Position numbers and translations under genes: made by a program. Positions 8,204 through 16,566 of a DNA stretch of 32,000 nt are shown here, in pieces. The DNA comes from Methanothermobacter thermautotrophicus str. Delta H (GTDB taxonomy: Archaea; Methanobacteriota; Methanobacteria; Methanobacteriales; Methanothermobacteraceae): contig NC_000916.1 of NCBI RefSeq assembly GCF_000008645.1, positions 120,001-152,000 of the forward strand, written 5' to 3'. Position 1 is the stretch's first letter; the number at the start of each line of letters is the position of its first letter. The notes beneath the pieces were generated by a model. The model was not told where the DNA came from. It made no database searches and saw only the letters and a list, made by a program, of their open reading frames with translations.

Positions 8204-9403
8204 ATGGAACTGAGATTTATAAGGGGTGGTGTCTGCGCTGTTGACGGAGTCCTCGCTGCCGGCTGCCGTGAGGGCAAATATGGTGTTGGACTGATCATCA
8301 ACAGGGGTTCAACCGCAGCCGCGGTCTTCACCTCAAACAGGGTTCGAGCAGAACCAGTTAAACTCACAGAGCGCGTAATTGCAGATGGAAGTATATCAGC
8401 CATCGTGGCAAACAGCGGGAACGCCAACTGCTTCACAGGCAGGGAAGGAATGGATGACGCCAGGAGGATGGCCAGAAAAGTGGCAGAGTCCCTCTCCATG
8501 GATGAAAGTGAGGTTGCAGTGGCTTCAACAGGCGTTATAGGAAGAAGGATGCCCATTGATAAAATAGAGTTCCTCATCCAGAGTGCTGCAGCTCAACTGG
8601 AAAACTCAGAGGCGGCATCGGGGGCTCTTGCAGAGGCGATAATGACCACCGACACCTTCCCCAAGGAGGTGGCAGTTGAGTTTGAACTTGAAACAGGCGA
8701 AAAGGCGCGTATAGGTGCTGTTGCCAAGGGCTCCGGGATGATAGCCCCCAACATGGCCACAATGCTCTCATTCATAACAACCGATGTCGATGCATCGTCT
8801 TCTGAACTGACGGAGGCCCTCAGGGTGGCAGTTGATGAGAGCTTCAACATGCTCATAGTGGATGGTGATGAGAGCACCAATGACATGGTCATAATATCCT
8901 CAACCAGGACCTCAGGAAGGATAGATTCAAACTTCAGGGAGGCTCTCGTTGCTGTGTGCAGGGAACTCGCCCGTATGATGGCCCGGGACGGTGAGGGGGT
9001 CACCAAGTCCTTCCAGGTGGATGTTGTAAATGCAGGGACACATGAGGATGCAAAAATGGCTGCAAGGGCCATAGCAGGTTCATCCCTTGTTAAAACAGCC
9101 ATATTTGGAGCCGACCCCAACTGGGGGCGTATAGTTGCAGCTGCAGGCTACTCTGGAGCAGAGTTTGACCCTGAGGAGATAAGCGTCACCCTTGAGTCTG
9201 ATTCAGAATCCGTGGTAATAGTTGACCATGGTGATATCCTGGCATTTGAGGGTACAGAGGAACTTGAAACTGCTGAGAGGGTCATGACCAGCAAGGAGAT
9301 AAGGATAATCGTTGACCTGGCTGCTGGAGATGAATCAGCCACTGCCTATGGCTGCGACCTCACCTATGATTATGTAAGGATAAATGCAGAGTATACCACA
9401 TGA
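8204..9403 (+). CDS. argJ: Bifunctional ornithine acetyltransferase / N-acetylglutamate synthase
   Basis: ATG 8204 lies downstream of GGGAGAG (the ORF-track start 8195 is GTG). 'GNANCFTG'; autoproteolysis site 'PNMATMLSFITTD'; 'DGDESTNDM'; C-terminal 'CDLTYDYVRINAEYTT'. Confidence 0.92.
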   Translation: MELRFIRGGVCAVDGVLAAGCREGKYGVGLIINRGSTAAAVFTSNRVRAEPVKLTERVIADGSISAIVANSGNANCFTGREGMDDARRMARKVAESLSMDESEVAVASTGVIGRRMPIDKIEFLIQSAAAQLENSEAASGALAEAIMTTDTFPKEVAVEFELETGEKARIGAVAKGSGMIAPNMATMLSFITTDVDASSSELTEALRVAVDESFNMLIVDGDESTNDMVIISSTRTSGRIDSNFREALVAVCRELARMMARDGEGVTKSFQVDVVNAGTHEDAKMAARAIAGSSLVKTAIFGADPNWGRIVAAAGYSGAEFDPEEISVTLESDSESVVIVDHGDILAFEGTEELETAERVMTSKEIRIIVDLAAGDESATAYGCDLTYDYVRINAEYTT

Positions 9404-9421
9404 CTGGCTGAAGGTGTTTTT

Positions 9422-10303
9422 ATGAAAACAGTTAACATCCTCGTTGAGGCACTGCCCTACATAAAGAAGTTTCACAGAAAGAAGATCATGATCAAGTATG
9501 GTGGCCATGCCATGATAGACGAGGCCGCCATGGACTCGACCGCCCGGGATACGGTCCTGCTCAAGTATGTGGGTATGGAACCCGTCGTGGTCCATGGAGG
9601 AGGACCCGAAATTTCCCGTGCAATGAACAAGATGGGTAAGGAGCCGAAGTTCATTGAGGGCCTCAGGGTGACTGATGAGGAGACCATGGAGATAGTGAAG
9701 ATGGTCCTCGTTGGTAAGATAAACACCAGCATAGTCTCAAAGATATGCTACCATGGCGGGAGGGCCATAGGATTATCAGGTAAGGACAGCAACCTCCTCC
9801 TTGCAAGGAAGAGGGCGCCCCACGTTGTGAGGGACGATGAGACCGGTGAGAGGAGGGAGATAGACTTGGGCCTTGTGGGTGAGATAGAGTCCGTTGACCC
9901 CGGCATAATCAACATGCTAACAGATAACAATTACATACCCGTTATATCACCCATAGGGGTTGACAGGGATGCAAATACACTTAACCTCAACGCAGATACC
10001 GTTGCTGGTGAGGTTGCAGCGGGTATAGGGGCTGAAAAACTCATAGTACTGACAGACGTCCCGGGGATACTCGAGGACCCTTCAGACCCTGATACCCTCA
10101 TAAGGCGGATAAGTGTTGACGAGCTCAGTGACCTTGTAAAGAGCGGCATAGTGGAGGGTGGCATGCTCCCCAAGACCCTCACCTGCATACAGGCAATCAA
10201 TGATGGGGTGTCCTCTGCCCACATAATCGATGGAAGGGTTGAGCACTCACTGCTCCTTGAAATCTTCACAAAGAAGGGAATAGGGACCATGATAACAGAG
10301 TGA
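9422..10303 (+). CDS. argB: Acetylglutamate kinase
   Basis: 'IKYGGHAM', '[10 protein letters not shown]', '[13 protein letters not shown]', '[11 protein letters not shown]'. Lies directly downstream of argJ. Confidence 0.93.
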   Translation: MKTVNILVEALPYIKKFHRKKIMIKYGGHAMIDEAAMDSTARDTVLLKYVGMEPVVVHGGGPEISRAMNKMGKEPKFIEGLRVTDEETMEIVKMVLVGKINTSIVSKICYHGGRAIGLSGKDSNLLLARKRAPHVVRDDETGERREIDLGLVGEIESVDPGIINMLTDNNYIPVISPIGVDRDANTLNLNADTVAGEVAAGIGAEKLIVLTDVPGILEDPSDPDTLIRRISVDELSDLVKSGIVEGGMLPKTLTCIQAINDGVSSAHIIDGRVEHSLLLEIFTKKGIGTMITE

Positions 10304-10395
10304 ATGCCTGTTATACTGTTTCAGTGAATGGAGTAGTTAGCAGAGTTAATTGTTTTATGTCGCGGTGCTGATAGAAGCTGGCTCTTGACCTGAAA

Positions 10396-11391
10396 CTACT
10401 CCCCTTTTACTATTTCCTCTTTTATGGCCTCTGCCATCTCCATGGTACTGGCAGTACCCCCAAGGTCCGGTGTCATGATACCCCTCATGAGGGTTTTTTG
10501 GAGTGCTTTTTCTATTTTTTGGGCTTCTTGTTTTTTGTTGAGGTGTTTTAGCATTAGTGTGGTTGTTAGTATCATGGCTGTGGGGTTGGCTATGTTTTTT
10601 CCTGCGATTTGGGGTGCTGATCCGTGTACTGGTTCGAATAGTGCGTTTTTTTCTCCTATGTTTGCTGATGGTGCGAGTCCGAGTCCTCCGATGAGTCCTG
10701 CGGCTTCGTCTGATAGTATGTCTCCGAATAGGTTGGTTGTGACGATGGTCTGGAATTCCTGGGGCTGGGTTATGAGGTACATTGCTGTGGCGTCAACGTA
10801 GTAGTCATTGGCCTCCATCTGGGGGTATTCTGATGCCACTTTATAGAATTCGTCTCTGAAGATTCCGTCGGTTTTTTTGAGCACGTTGGCCTTGTGGACT
10901 GCTGTTACCTTTTGCATGCCCTCTTTCTGGGCGTACTGGAAGGCGAATTGGCTGATTCTCCTGGAGGCGGTTCTTGTTATGATTCTTTTTGCAACGGCGC
11001 CCTCAGGGGTGTACTCCTCGTCACCGACATAGAGGTCCTCGGTGTTCTCCCGCACAATAACAAAGTCAAGGTCCGGGTAGAGGCAGGGGACACCTGGCAG
11101 GGACTTAACTGGCCTCAAATTCGCAAAAAGATCCAGCTCACGCCTCAATGTGATTATGGCACTCTTCTGTCCTGGCACAGTCGTCACAGCACCGAAGAGT
11201 GTTGCATCAGCCTTCCTGACAAGCTTCAGGGTTTCCTCCGGCAGTGTGTCGCCGCAGCGCCTGAAGCACTCATTACCTGCCTCTGCATGTGTGAATTCAA
11301 ATTCAATTTCAAGGGCCTGGAGGACGTGAAGGGCTGCCTCCATCACCTCCACTCCGATCCCATCACCGGGTATGACCGTTATCCTGTACAT
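10396..11391 (-). CDS. Beta-decarboxylating dehydrogenase of the isopropylmalate / homoisocitrate / isocitrate dehydrogenase family
   Basis: 331-aa ORF. 'ITVIPGDGIGVEV', 'LRRELDLFANLRP', 'IVRENTEDLY', 'NLFGDILSDEAAGLIGGLGLAPSANIG', 'FEPVHGSAPQIAGKNIANP'. By eye I cannot separate LeuB from AksF-type specificity. Confidence 0.88.
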   Translation of the reverse strand: MYRITVIPGDGIGVEVMEAALHVLQALEIEFEFTHAEAGNECFRRCGDTLPEETLKLVRKADATLFGAVTTVPGQKSAIITLRRELDLFANLRPVKSLPGVPCLYPDLDFVIVRENTEDLYVGDEEYTPEGAVAKRIITRTASRRISQFAFQYAQKEGMQKVTAVHKANVLKKTDGIFRDEFYKVASEYPQMEANDYYVDATAMYLITQPQEFQTIVTTNLFGDILSDEAAGLIGGLGLAPSANIGEKNALFEPVHGSAPQIAGKNIANPTAMILTTTLMLKHLNKKQEAQKIEKALQKTLMRGIMTPDLGGTASTMEMAEAIKEEIVKGE

Positions 11392-11537
11392 TTAAATTCC
11401 TCTTGAAGTGTTCTCATGAAGCTGAATGATCTGCATGGGATAATATTTTAAGGCTGTAATGATAAAAATAGTTTGGAAGCTGGGGGTTTTTATGATGTCT
11501 TCATATTCCCTTTTATGTGTCATGGGGACGGGATTTT

Positions 11538-12428
11538 ATGATGTTTTATCTTAATCTTCTGAGCATTTTTGAGTCTCTGAGGGATGATCGCAGTGCCCTC
11601 AGACACTACAAGAAGAAACTTCATGAGTACCAGGAGCACGAGGCAGAGGTCCTCATAGACATCGGAGTCATATACCTGGACCGGGGCGAACTTGAAAGGG
11701 CTGTCAGGAACTTTGAGGAGGCCCTTGAGACCTACAGAAAACTCAAATTTCCTGAGGGAGTTGCCTATGCCTCTGAACTTCTTGGTGATTCACTCATGGC
11801 TCTGAGGGAATTTGACAGGGCAATGGAACACTACTCAGAGGCTCTCTCCATATATTCTGATCTCAATCCACCCCTTGCAGAGGAACTCAGGGAGAAGATC
11901 TATGAGGCAGGCAAGATAAGGGAGGCACTGACCACTCAGGAACCACCTGAAGAGGAATCATGTGAGGAACCGTCAGAGAACCCTGGACTGGGCTCAGAGA
12001 CAGTGGCCGTCTTCAGGTTTTCGGACAGACTGGTGGAGCTACTTGAAGGCTTTGAGGATTATGCGGTTTGCTGGGAGAATCGTGACATTGAAGTCCTGGA
12101 GGACAACCTCGAATCAGCAGGGGTCATACGTGATAGGCAGACAGAGGGTCTCCTCAACATCCTCATCGGGAGGTATCATCTGGAGGAGGGTGAGATCTAC
12201 GAGGCACTAAAGTTCATTAAGAGAGCCACAAGAATCTTCAGGGACGCCGGGGACTCCAGGGGTGCTGCCGTGTCCCTGGTGATAATGGGGGTTATTCTCT
12301 TCATCATGGACGAGCGGGAAAACCTTTACAAGGTATTCAAGGAGGCCCTTGAAATATTCAGGTCCCTTGAAATGGGGGAAGCTGAATCTGTGACCATGAA
12401 GATCATAAACACCCTCAGCAAGATGTAA
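11538..12428 (+). CDS. TPR-repeat protein
   Basis: Repeated A-x-x-x-Y-x-x-A-L TPR-like units ('AVRNFEEALETYRKL', 'AMEHYSEALSIYSDL', 'EALKFIKRATRIFRDAGD', 'VFKEALEIFRSL'). The start is uncertain: ATG 11538/11541, or GTG 11517 as in the ORF track. Confidence 0.6.
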   Translation: MMFYLNLLSIFESLRDDRSALRHYKKKLHEYQEHEAEVLIDIGVIYLDRGELERAVRNFEEALETYRKLKFPEGVAYASELLGDSLMALREFDRAMEHYSEALSIYSDLNPPLAEELREKIYEAGKIREALTTQEPPEEESCEEPSENPGLGSETVAVFRFSDRLVELLEGFEDYAVCWENRDIEVLEDNLESAGVIRDRQTEGLLNILIGRYHLEEGEIYEALKFIKRATRIFRDAGDSRGAAVSLVIMGVILFIMDERENLYKVFKEALEIFRSLEMGEAESVTMKIINTLSKM

Positions 12429-12559
12429 CTCATATGGGATGTCCTGATATCTGAGTGGTGCAGTCCTTTCTGAATAAAATAGCTATTCATGCCCATGTTT
12501 CCTCCAGATCCGCGATAAACATATCTATCTTTCTGAACATAATATGTAAAGGTGGTATT

Positions 12560-12779
12560 ATGCAGAGAAGAGAAAACATTGAGAGGCTCATTGAGCAGTT
12601 AAGGGAAGGCGATGAACATATGAGGGCAGATCGTTGAGCTCCTATCTGAAATAGGGGAACCCGCTGTTGAACAGCTCATTGAGGCCCTTGATGACAGTGA
12701 CAAATCTGTTAGGAGGGGGGCCGCAGCAGCCCTGGGTAACATTGGAGATCCCAGAGCAGTTGAACCCCTCATAAAGGCT
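12560..12779 (+). pseudogene. 5' part of the HEAT/PBS-lyase-repeat gene, separated from the called ORF by a frameshift near 12630
   Basis: ATG 12560 has the RBS AAAGGTGG (12548-12555) and encodes [24 protein letters not shown] before TGA 12635-12637. The frame of ORF 12780 is open from 12624 and encodes [52 protein letters not shown], which are clear HEAT repeats. That frame has no ATG/GTG/TTG between 12624 and 12780. Confidence 0.6.
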
Positions 12780-13115
12780 ATGGCCGATGAGAACAAGTGG
12801 GTGAGGAGGGATGTTTCAACAGCACTATCCAGGATGGGTGATGAGGCCTTTGAGCCCCTCCTTGAGAGTCTCTCAAATGAGGACTGGAGGATAAGGGGTG
12901 CCGCTGCCTGGATCATAGGTAATTTCCAGGATGAAAGGGCTGTTGAACCCCTCATAAAGCTCCTTGAAGATGACAGTGGATTTGTGAGGAGTGGTGCCGC
13001 TCGCTCACTGGAGCAGATCGGCGGTGAAAGGGTCAGGGCTGCAATGGAGAAACTTGCAGAGACAGGTACCGGTTTTGCAAGGAAGGTGGCAGTTAACTAC
13101 CTTGAAACCCACTAG
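12780..13115 (+). CDS. HEAT / PBS-lyase-like repeat protein (the ORF as callable from the first in-frame ATG)
   Basis: Three repeats of the pattern '[26 protein letters not shown]' ([26 protein letters not shown]; [27 protein letters not shown]; [19 protein letters not shown]). Confidence 0.85.
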   Translation: MADENKWVRRDVSTALSRMGDEAFEPLLESLSNEDWRIRGAAAWIIGNFQDERAVEPLIKLLEDDSGFVRSGAARSLEQIGGERVRAAMEKLAETGTGFARKVAVNYLETH

Positions 13116-13126
13116 GAGGAACCCCC

Positions 13127-14104
13127 TTGAAGGTAAGTATAATTGGGTCAACGGGACGTGTTGGAAGGGCAACGGCCCTCTGTCTTGCAGAGGAGGAGGC
13201 TGTGAAGACCCTCCACCTCATCTCAAGGAAGGAGAGTCTTGAACAGAACCTCGGCGAGGTCCTTGATATGAGCGACGCCCTCGCAGCCAAGGGTGTTTCA
13301 GTCAAGCTGGAAAACTCTGCAGACATTGAAAACGTCTACGGTTCAAGGATAGTGGTGATAACTGCGGGTGTCCCCAGAACGGCTGATATGGACAGGGATG
13401 ATCTTGCATTTAAGAACGGCAGGATCGTTGCAGATTATGCAAGGCAGATCGCAAGATTCGCCCCGGATTCAATTATACTGGTTGTTACAAACCCTGTGGA
13501 TGTGATGACCTATGTTGCCCTCAGGTATTCGGGTTTTCACCCCAGCAGGGTCTTCGGCCTTGGAAACCACCTGGACTCCCTGAGGCTCAAGAACTACATG
13601 GCAAGGCACTTCAATGTCCATGTGAGTGAGGTTCACACCAGGGTTATAGGTCAGCACGGTCCCTACATGGTCCCACTCATAAGTTCAACCTCCATAGGGG
13701 GCATACCCATAGAGCACTATGCCCGGAGGGACTACTTCTCAGGTTACAAGAAGTTTGACCTCAAAAAGACCATAGACAAGGTCATCCATGCAGGGAGCAA
13801 CATCATAAGCAGGAAGGGGGCCACCGAGTATGGACCGGCCTTTGCAATATCCAACATAGTCACCACCATCCTGAATGATGAACGCAGGATACTCACGGTT
13901 TCAACCCTCATGGAGGGTGAAATCGATGGTATAAGGGATGTTTGCCTCGGAGTACCTGTTAAACTGGGTAAGAACGGCATTGAGGGGGTTGTACCTGTGC
14001 TGATGGATCGTGATGAAAGGGAGGCATTCAGGGAAGCCGCCAACCATGTTAGAGACTCCACCAGGAGGGTTATGGAGTTTCTTGATGAGGAACTTCCACT
14101 ATAG
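13127..14104 (+). CDS. mdh: Malate dehydrogenase (LDH-like family)
   Basis: TTG 13127 lies 6 nt after AGGAGGA (13114-13120). 'MKVSIIGSTGRVGRATA', 'VVITAGVPR', 'LVVTNPVDVMTY', 'VIGQHG'. Confidence 0.88.
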   Translation: MKVSIIGSTGRVGRATALCLAEEEAVKTLHLISRKESLEQNLGEVLDMSDALAAKGVSVKLENSADIENVYGSRIVVITAGVPRTADMDRDDLAFKNGRIVADYARQIARFAPDSIILVVTNPVDVMTYVALRYSGFHPSRVFGLGNHLDSLRLKNYMARHFNVHVSEVHTRVIGQHGPYMVPLISSTSIGGIPIEHYARRDYFSGYKKFDLKKTIDKVIHAGSNIISRKGATEYGPAFAISNIVTTILNDERRILTVSTLMEGEIDGIRDVCLGVPVKLGKNGIEGVVPVLMDRDEREAFREAANHVRDSTRRVMEFLDEELPL

Positions 14105-14322
14105 TCCGGTTCAGTGTGATGGGGTGAAGGGTTTACCATGGCCGGACCTTCAGTGTGCATTCAACCTCCCTGAGGTCATTTCCTTCCATCTTTCAGTAAC
14201 CCCATGGAAACTTTTATATACTTGTTCAATTATAAGTTAGTTCAAGACCTTATTTCTGAACATTGTGCACCTGATTTCCTGCAGGGTTCAGGGTTCAGAA
14301 ACAACCGGCAGACATCTTCCGG

Positions 14323-14333
14323 TATATTTATAT
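14323..14333 (+). promoter_or_regulatory. TATA-box-like element upstream of pdxT
   Basis: TATATTTATAT lies ~50 nt upstream of ATG 14383, which has the RBS AAAGGAGA. Position is compatible with an archaeal promoter and a short leader. Confidence 0.4.
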
Positions 14334-14382
14334 GGTCACATCATGAAAAAGGTAACCAGAAAAAATTCTCAAAGGAGACACC

Positions 14383-14961
14383 ATGATAAGGATAGGTATT
14401 CTTGCTCTTCAGGGAGATGTATCCGAACACCTCGAGATGACCAGAAGGACAGTCGAAGAGATGGGCATAGATGCAGAGGTTGTGAGGGTCAGGACAGCAG
14501 AGGAAGCCTCCACAGTCGATGCAATAATAATATCCGGCGGCGAGAGTACGGTAATAGGTAGGCTGATGGAGGAGACAGGGATAAAGGACGTCATAATCCG
14601 CGAAAAGAAACCTGTGATGGGCACATGTGCCGGCATGGTGCTCCTTGCAGATGAAACAGATTATGAACAGCCCCTTCTGGGACTCATAGATATGAAGGTT
14701 AAGAGAAACGCCTTTGGAAGACAGAGAGACTCCTTTGAAGATGAGATCGATATACTTGGAAGGAAATTTCATGGAATATTCATAAGGGCGCCGGCTGTCC
14801 TTGAAGTGGGAGAGGGAGTTGAGGTTCTCTCAGAACTCGATGATATGATAATCGCAGTAAAGGACGGCTGCAACCTCGCACTGGCCTTTCACCCTGAACT
14901 CGGAGAGGACACAGGACTCCATGAATACTTTATAAAGGAGGTATTGAATTGTGTGGAATAG
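14383..14961 (+). CDS. pdxT: Pyridoxal 5'-phosphate synthase glutaminase subunit
   Basis: 'IGILALQGDVSEH', 'IIISGGESTV', 'PVMGTCAGMVLLA', 'LALAFHPEL' (class I GATase triad context). Confidence 0.9.
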   Translation: MIRIGILALQGDVSEHLEMTRRTVEEMGIDAEVVRVRTAEEASTVDAIIISGGESTVIGRLMEETGIKDVIIREKKPVMGTCAGMVLLADETDYEQPLLGLIDMKVKRNAFGRQRDSFEDEIDILGRKFHGIFIRAPAVLEVGEGVEVLSELDDMIIAVKDGCNLALAFHPELGEDTGLHEYFIKEVLNCVE

Positions 14962-15866
14962 CGGGAGTGGTCTACAAGGATGGTAAACTGCACTCAGTCG
15001 GGGCAGACATGACAAGGATGCTCCATGCACTGCAGCACAGGGGACCAGACTCAGCAGGATTCGCGATATATGGAGGTCTTGGGCTTGAAGAAAACGATTA
15101 CCTCCTTAACATAGAGGTTAAGGATAAACCAGGACTTCTTGACATGGTTAAGGAAACAGTTGAACTTGTAAGCCCCATAGGATCAGATGAGGTCATACCA
15201 TCAGTTGAGAACCACATAATCTACCGGTGCAGGATAACCCTGGAATCATTCTCACAGCTTAAACCACTCATAATGGATATAGACAGCATAGATGACGTTA
15301 TAGTACTGAACGGTAGCCACTCATTTGAGATGATAAAGGATGTGGGTTCGGTTCTTGAGATAGCAGACCGCTACGACACCTGGTCAAAGAAGGGCACCCA
15401 TGCCATAGGCCACACAAGGTTCTCAACAGAAAGTATAGTTGACAGGTACCATGCCCACCCATTCCAGAGCTACATCATCCCCGACATAACCGTCGTCCAC
15501 AATGGCCAGATAACAAACTACTGGAAGATAAGGGAGCCGCTGGAGCGCAAGGGCCACATATTCGAAACAAACAACGACACAGAGTGCATAGTCCACTACG
15601 TGGCAGATAAACTGGCATCAGGTTACAGCCTCGAGGAAGCCCTTGAACAGTCAGTAAAGGACATGGATGGCCCCTTCTCATACATAGTGGGAACACCCCA
15701 GGGTGTTGGAATAGCCAAGGACCAGCTTGGACTGAGGCCAGGGGTCATGGCAGAGAATGATGAGGTCTTCGCAGTCGCATCAGAGGAGGTCTCCCTCAGG
15801 GAGGTCATGGACACAAGTGAGGTTGAACAGATATCCCCTGGAGAGGTAAGGGTCTACGAGATATGA
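14949..15866 (+). CDS. Glutamate synthase amidotransferase-domain protein (class II/Ntn glutamine amidotransferase, archaeal split GOGAT)
   Basis: The TTG start gives 'MCGIAGVV' (N-terminal nucleophile Cys). 'GHTRFST', 'HNGQITNY', 'NDTE'. Overlaps the pdxT end by 13 nt. Confidence 0.85.
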   Translation: MCGIAGVVYKDGKLHSVGADMTRMLHALQHRGPDSAGFAIYGGLGLEENDYLLNIEVKDKPGLLDMVKETVELVSPIGSDEVIPSVENHIIYRCRITLESFSQLKPLIMDIDSIDDVIVLNGSHSFEMIKDVGSVLEIADRYDTWSKKGTHAIGHTRFSTESIVDRYHAHPFQSYIIPDITVVHNGQITNYWKIREPLERKGHIFETNNDTECIVHYVADKLASGYSLEEALEQSVKDMDGPFSYIVGTPQGVGIAKDQLGLRPGVMAENDEVFAVASEEVSLREVMDTSEVEQISPGEVRVYEI

Positions 15867-15876
15867 GGGTGATACC

Positions 15877-16566
15877 ATGAGGGAAGCGGTAATTGATGCA
15901 GGATCAAAAACCCCGAGGGAGGTTAACAGGGCAATAAAATCCCTTGCAGCCGACCACGACAGGATAGTCGTTAAAAACCCCAACGCAATGCACTATATAG
16001 GCGCAGGTCTTACAGGGGACGTTGAACTCATAATAGATGGCTCAGCAGGATACTTCGCAGCCACCATGATCCACGGCCCAAGGGTCAGGATAAATGGTAA
16101 CGCAGGGTGGTTCCCTGCAGACAACATGACAGAGGGTGAAGTGGTGGTGGATGGCTCAGCAGGTGACGGCGTGGGTCAGGGAATCTACGGGGGAACCGTG
16201 GTTGTTAAAAAAAGCGCCGGTTCAAGAACAGGCGAGATAATGAAAAATGGGACCATAATCATAGGCGGGAATTCAGGTTTCATGACAGGCCTCTTCATGA
16301 TGGGCGGCCGCATAATAGTACTCGGCGACCTCGCAGAGGATGCAGGTGAATCCATCATAAGGGGAACCATCTATGTCAGGGGCGAAATAAAGAGCCTCGG
16401 GAAGAACGCCAGGGTTGAGGATATAACCCCCGAGGATGAGAAGGAACTGAGGGAAACACTCACCGGTTACGGATTTAACCTTGATGATGAAGACTATCAG
16501 GCCTTCAGGAAGATCGTGCCAAGGAGTAAAAGACCATTTTATGGTGAAGAATCGGAGGAAGGATAA
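15877..16566 (+). CDS. Glutamate synthase GXGXG-motif (alpha-subunit C-terminal domain-like) protein
   Basis: Repeated beta-helix G-x-x-G-x-x-x-G units ('IDGSAGYFAA', 'INGNAGWFPA', 'VDGSAGDGVGQG', 'IIGGNSGFMTG', 'VLGDLAEDAGES'). RBS GAGGGTGA. Confidence 0.85.
   Translation: MREAVIDAGSKTPREVNRAIKSLAADHDRIVVKNPNAMHYIGAGLTGDVELIIDGSAGYFAATMIHGPRVRINGNAGWFPADNMTEGEVVVDGSAGDGVGQGIYGGTVVVKKSAGSRTGEIMKNGTIIIGGNSGFMTGLFMMGGRIIVLGDLAEDAGESIIRGTIYVRGEIKSLGKNARVEDITPEDEKELRETLTGYGFNLDDEDYQAFRKIVPRSKRPFYGEESEEG

Noticed and set aside
10424-10801. 125-aa plus-strand ORF antisense to the dehydrogenase gene, spanning the A/C-wobble tract.
   Set aside because: It stays open simply because the plus strand is nearly devoid of A here, and all stop codons need A. 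That is no evidence of coding. The tract itself is reported as a finding.
12455-12559. The first 35 codons of ORF 12455..12637 (MVQSFLNKIAIHAHVSS...).
   Set aside because: They carry no HEAT-like sequence and overlap AT-rich promoter-like DNA. The internal ATG 12560 has a good RBS and begins repeat-like sequence, so the upstream part is treated as non-coding.
14105-14382. 278-nt mdh-pdxT spacer with an extra TATA-like CTTTTATATAC (~14211-14221), a tandem gggttca-gggttca (14285-14298), the palindrome cctgcagg, short stems, and ORFs 14204..14386 and 14265..14561.
   Set aside because: The elements are short and individually expected by chance. The ORFs lack an RBS and look non-protein-like. I have no basis to call an sRNA or small protein without transcript data.
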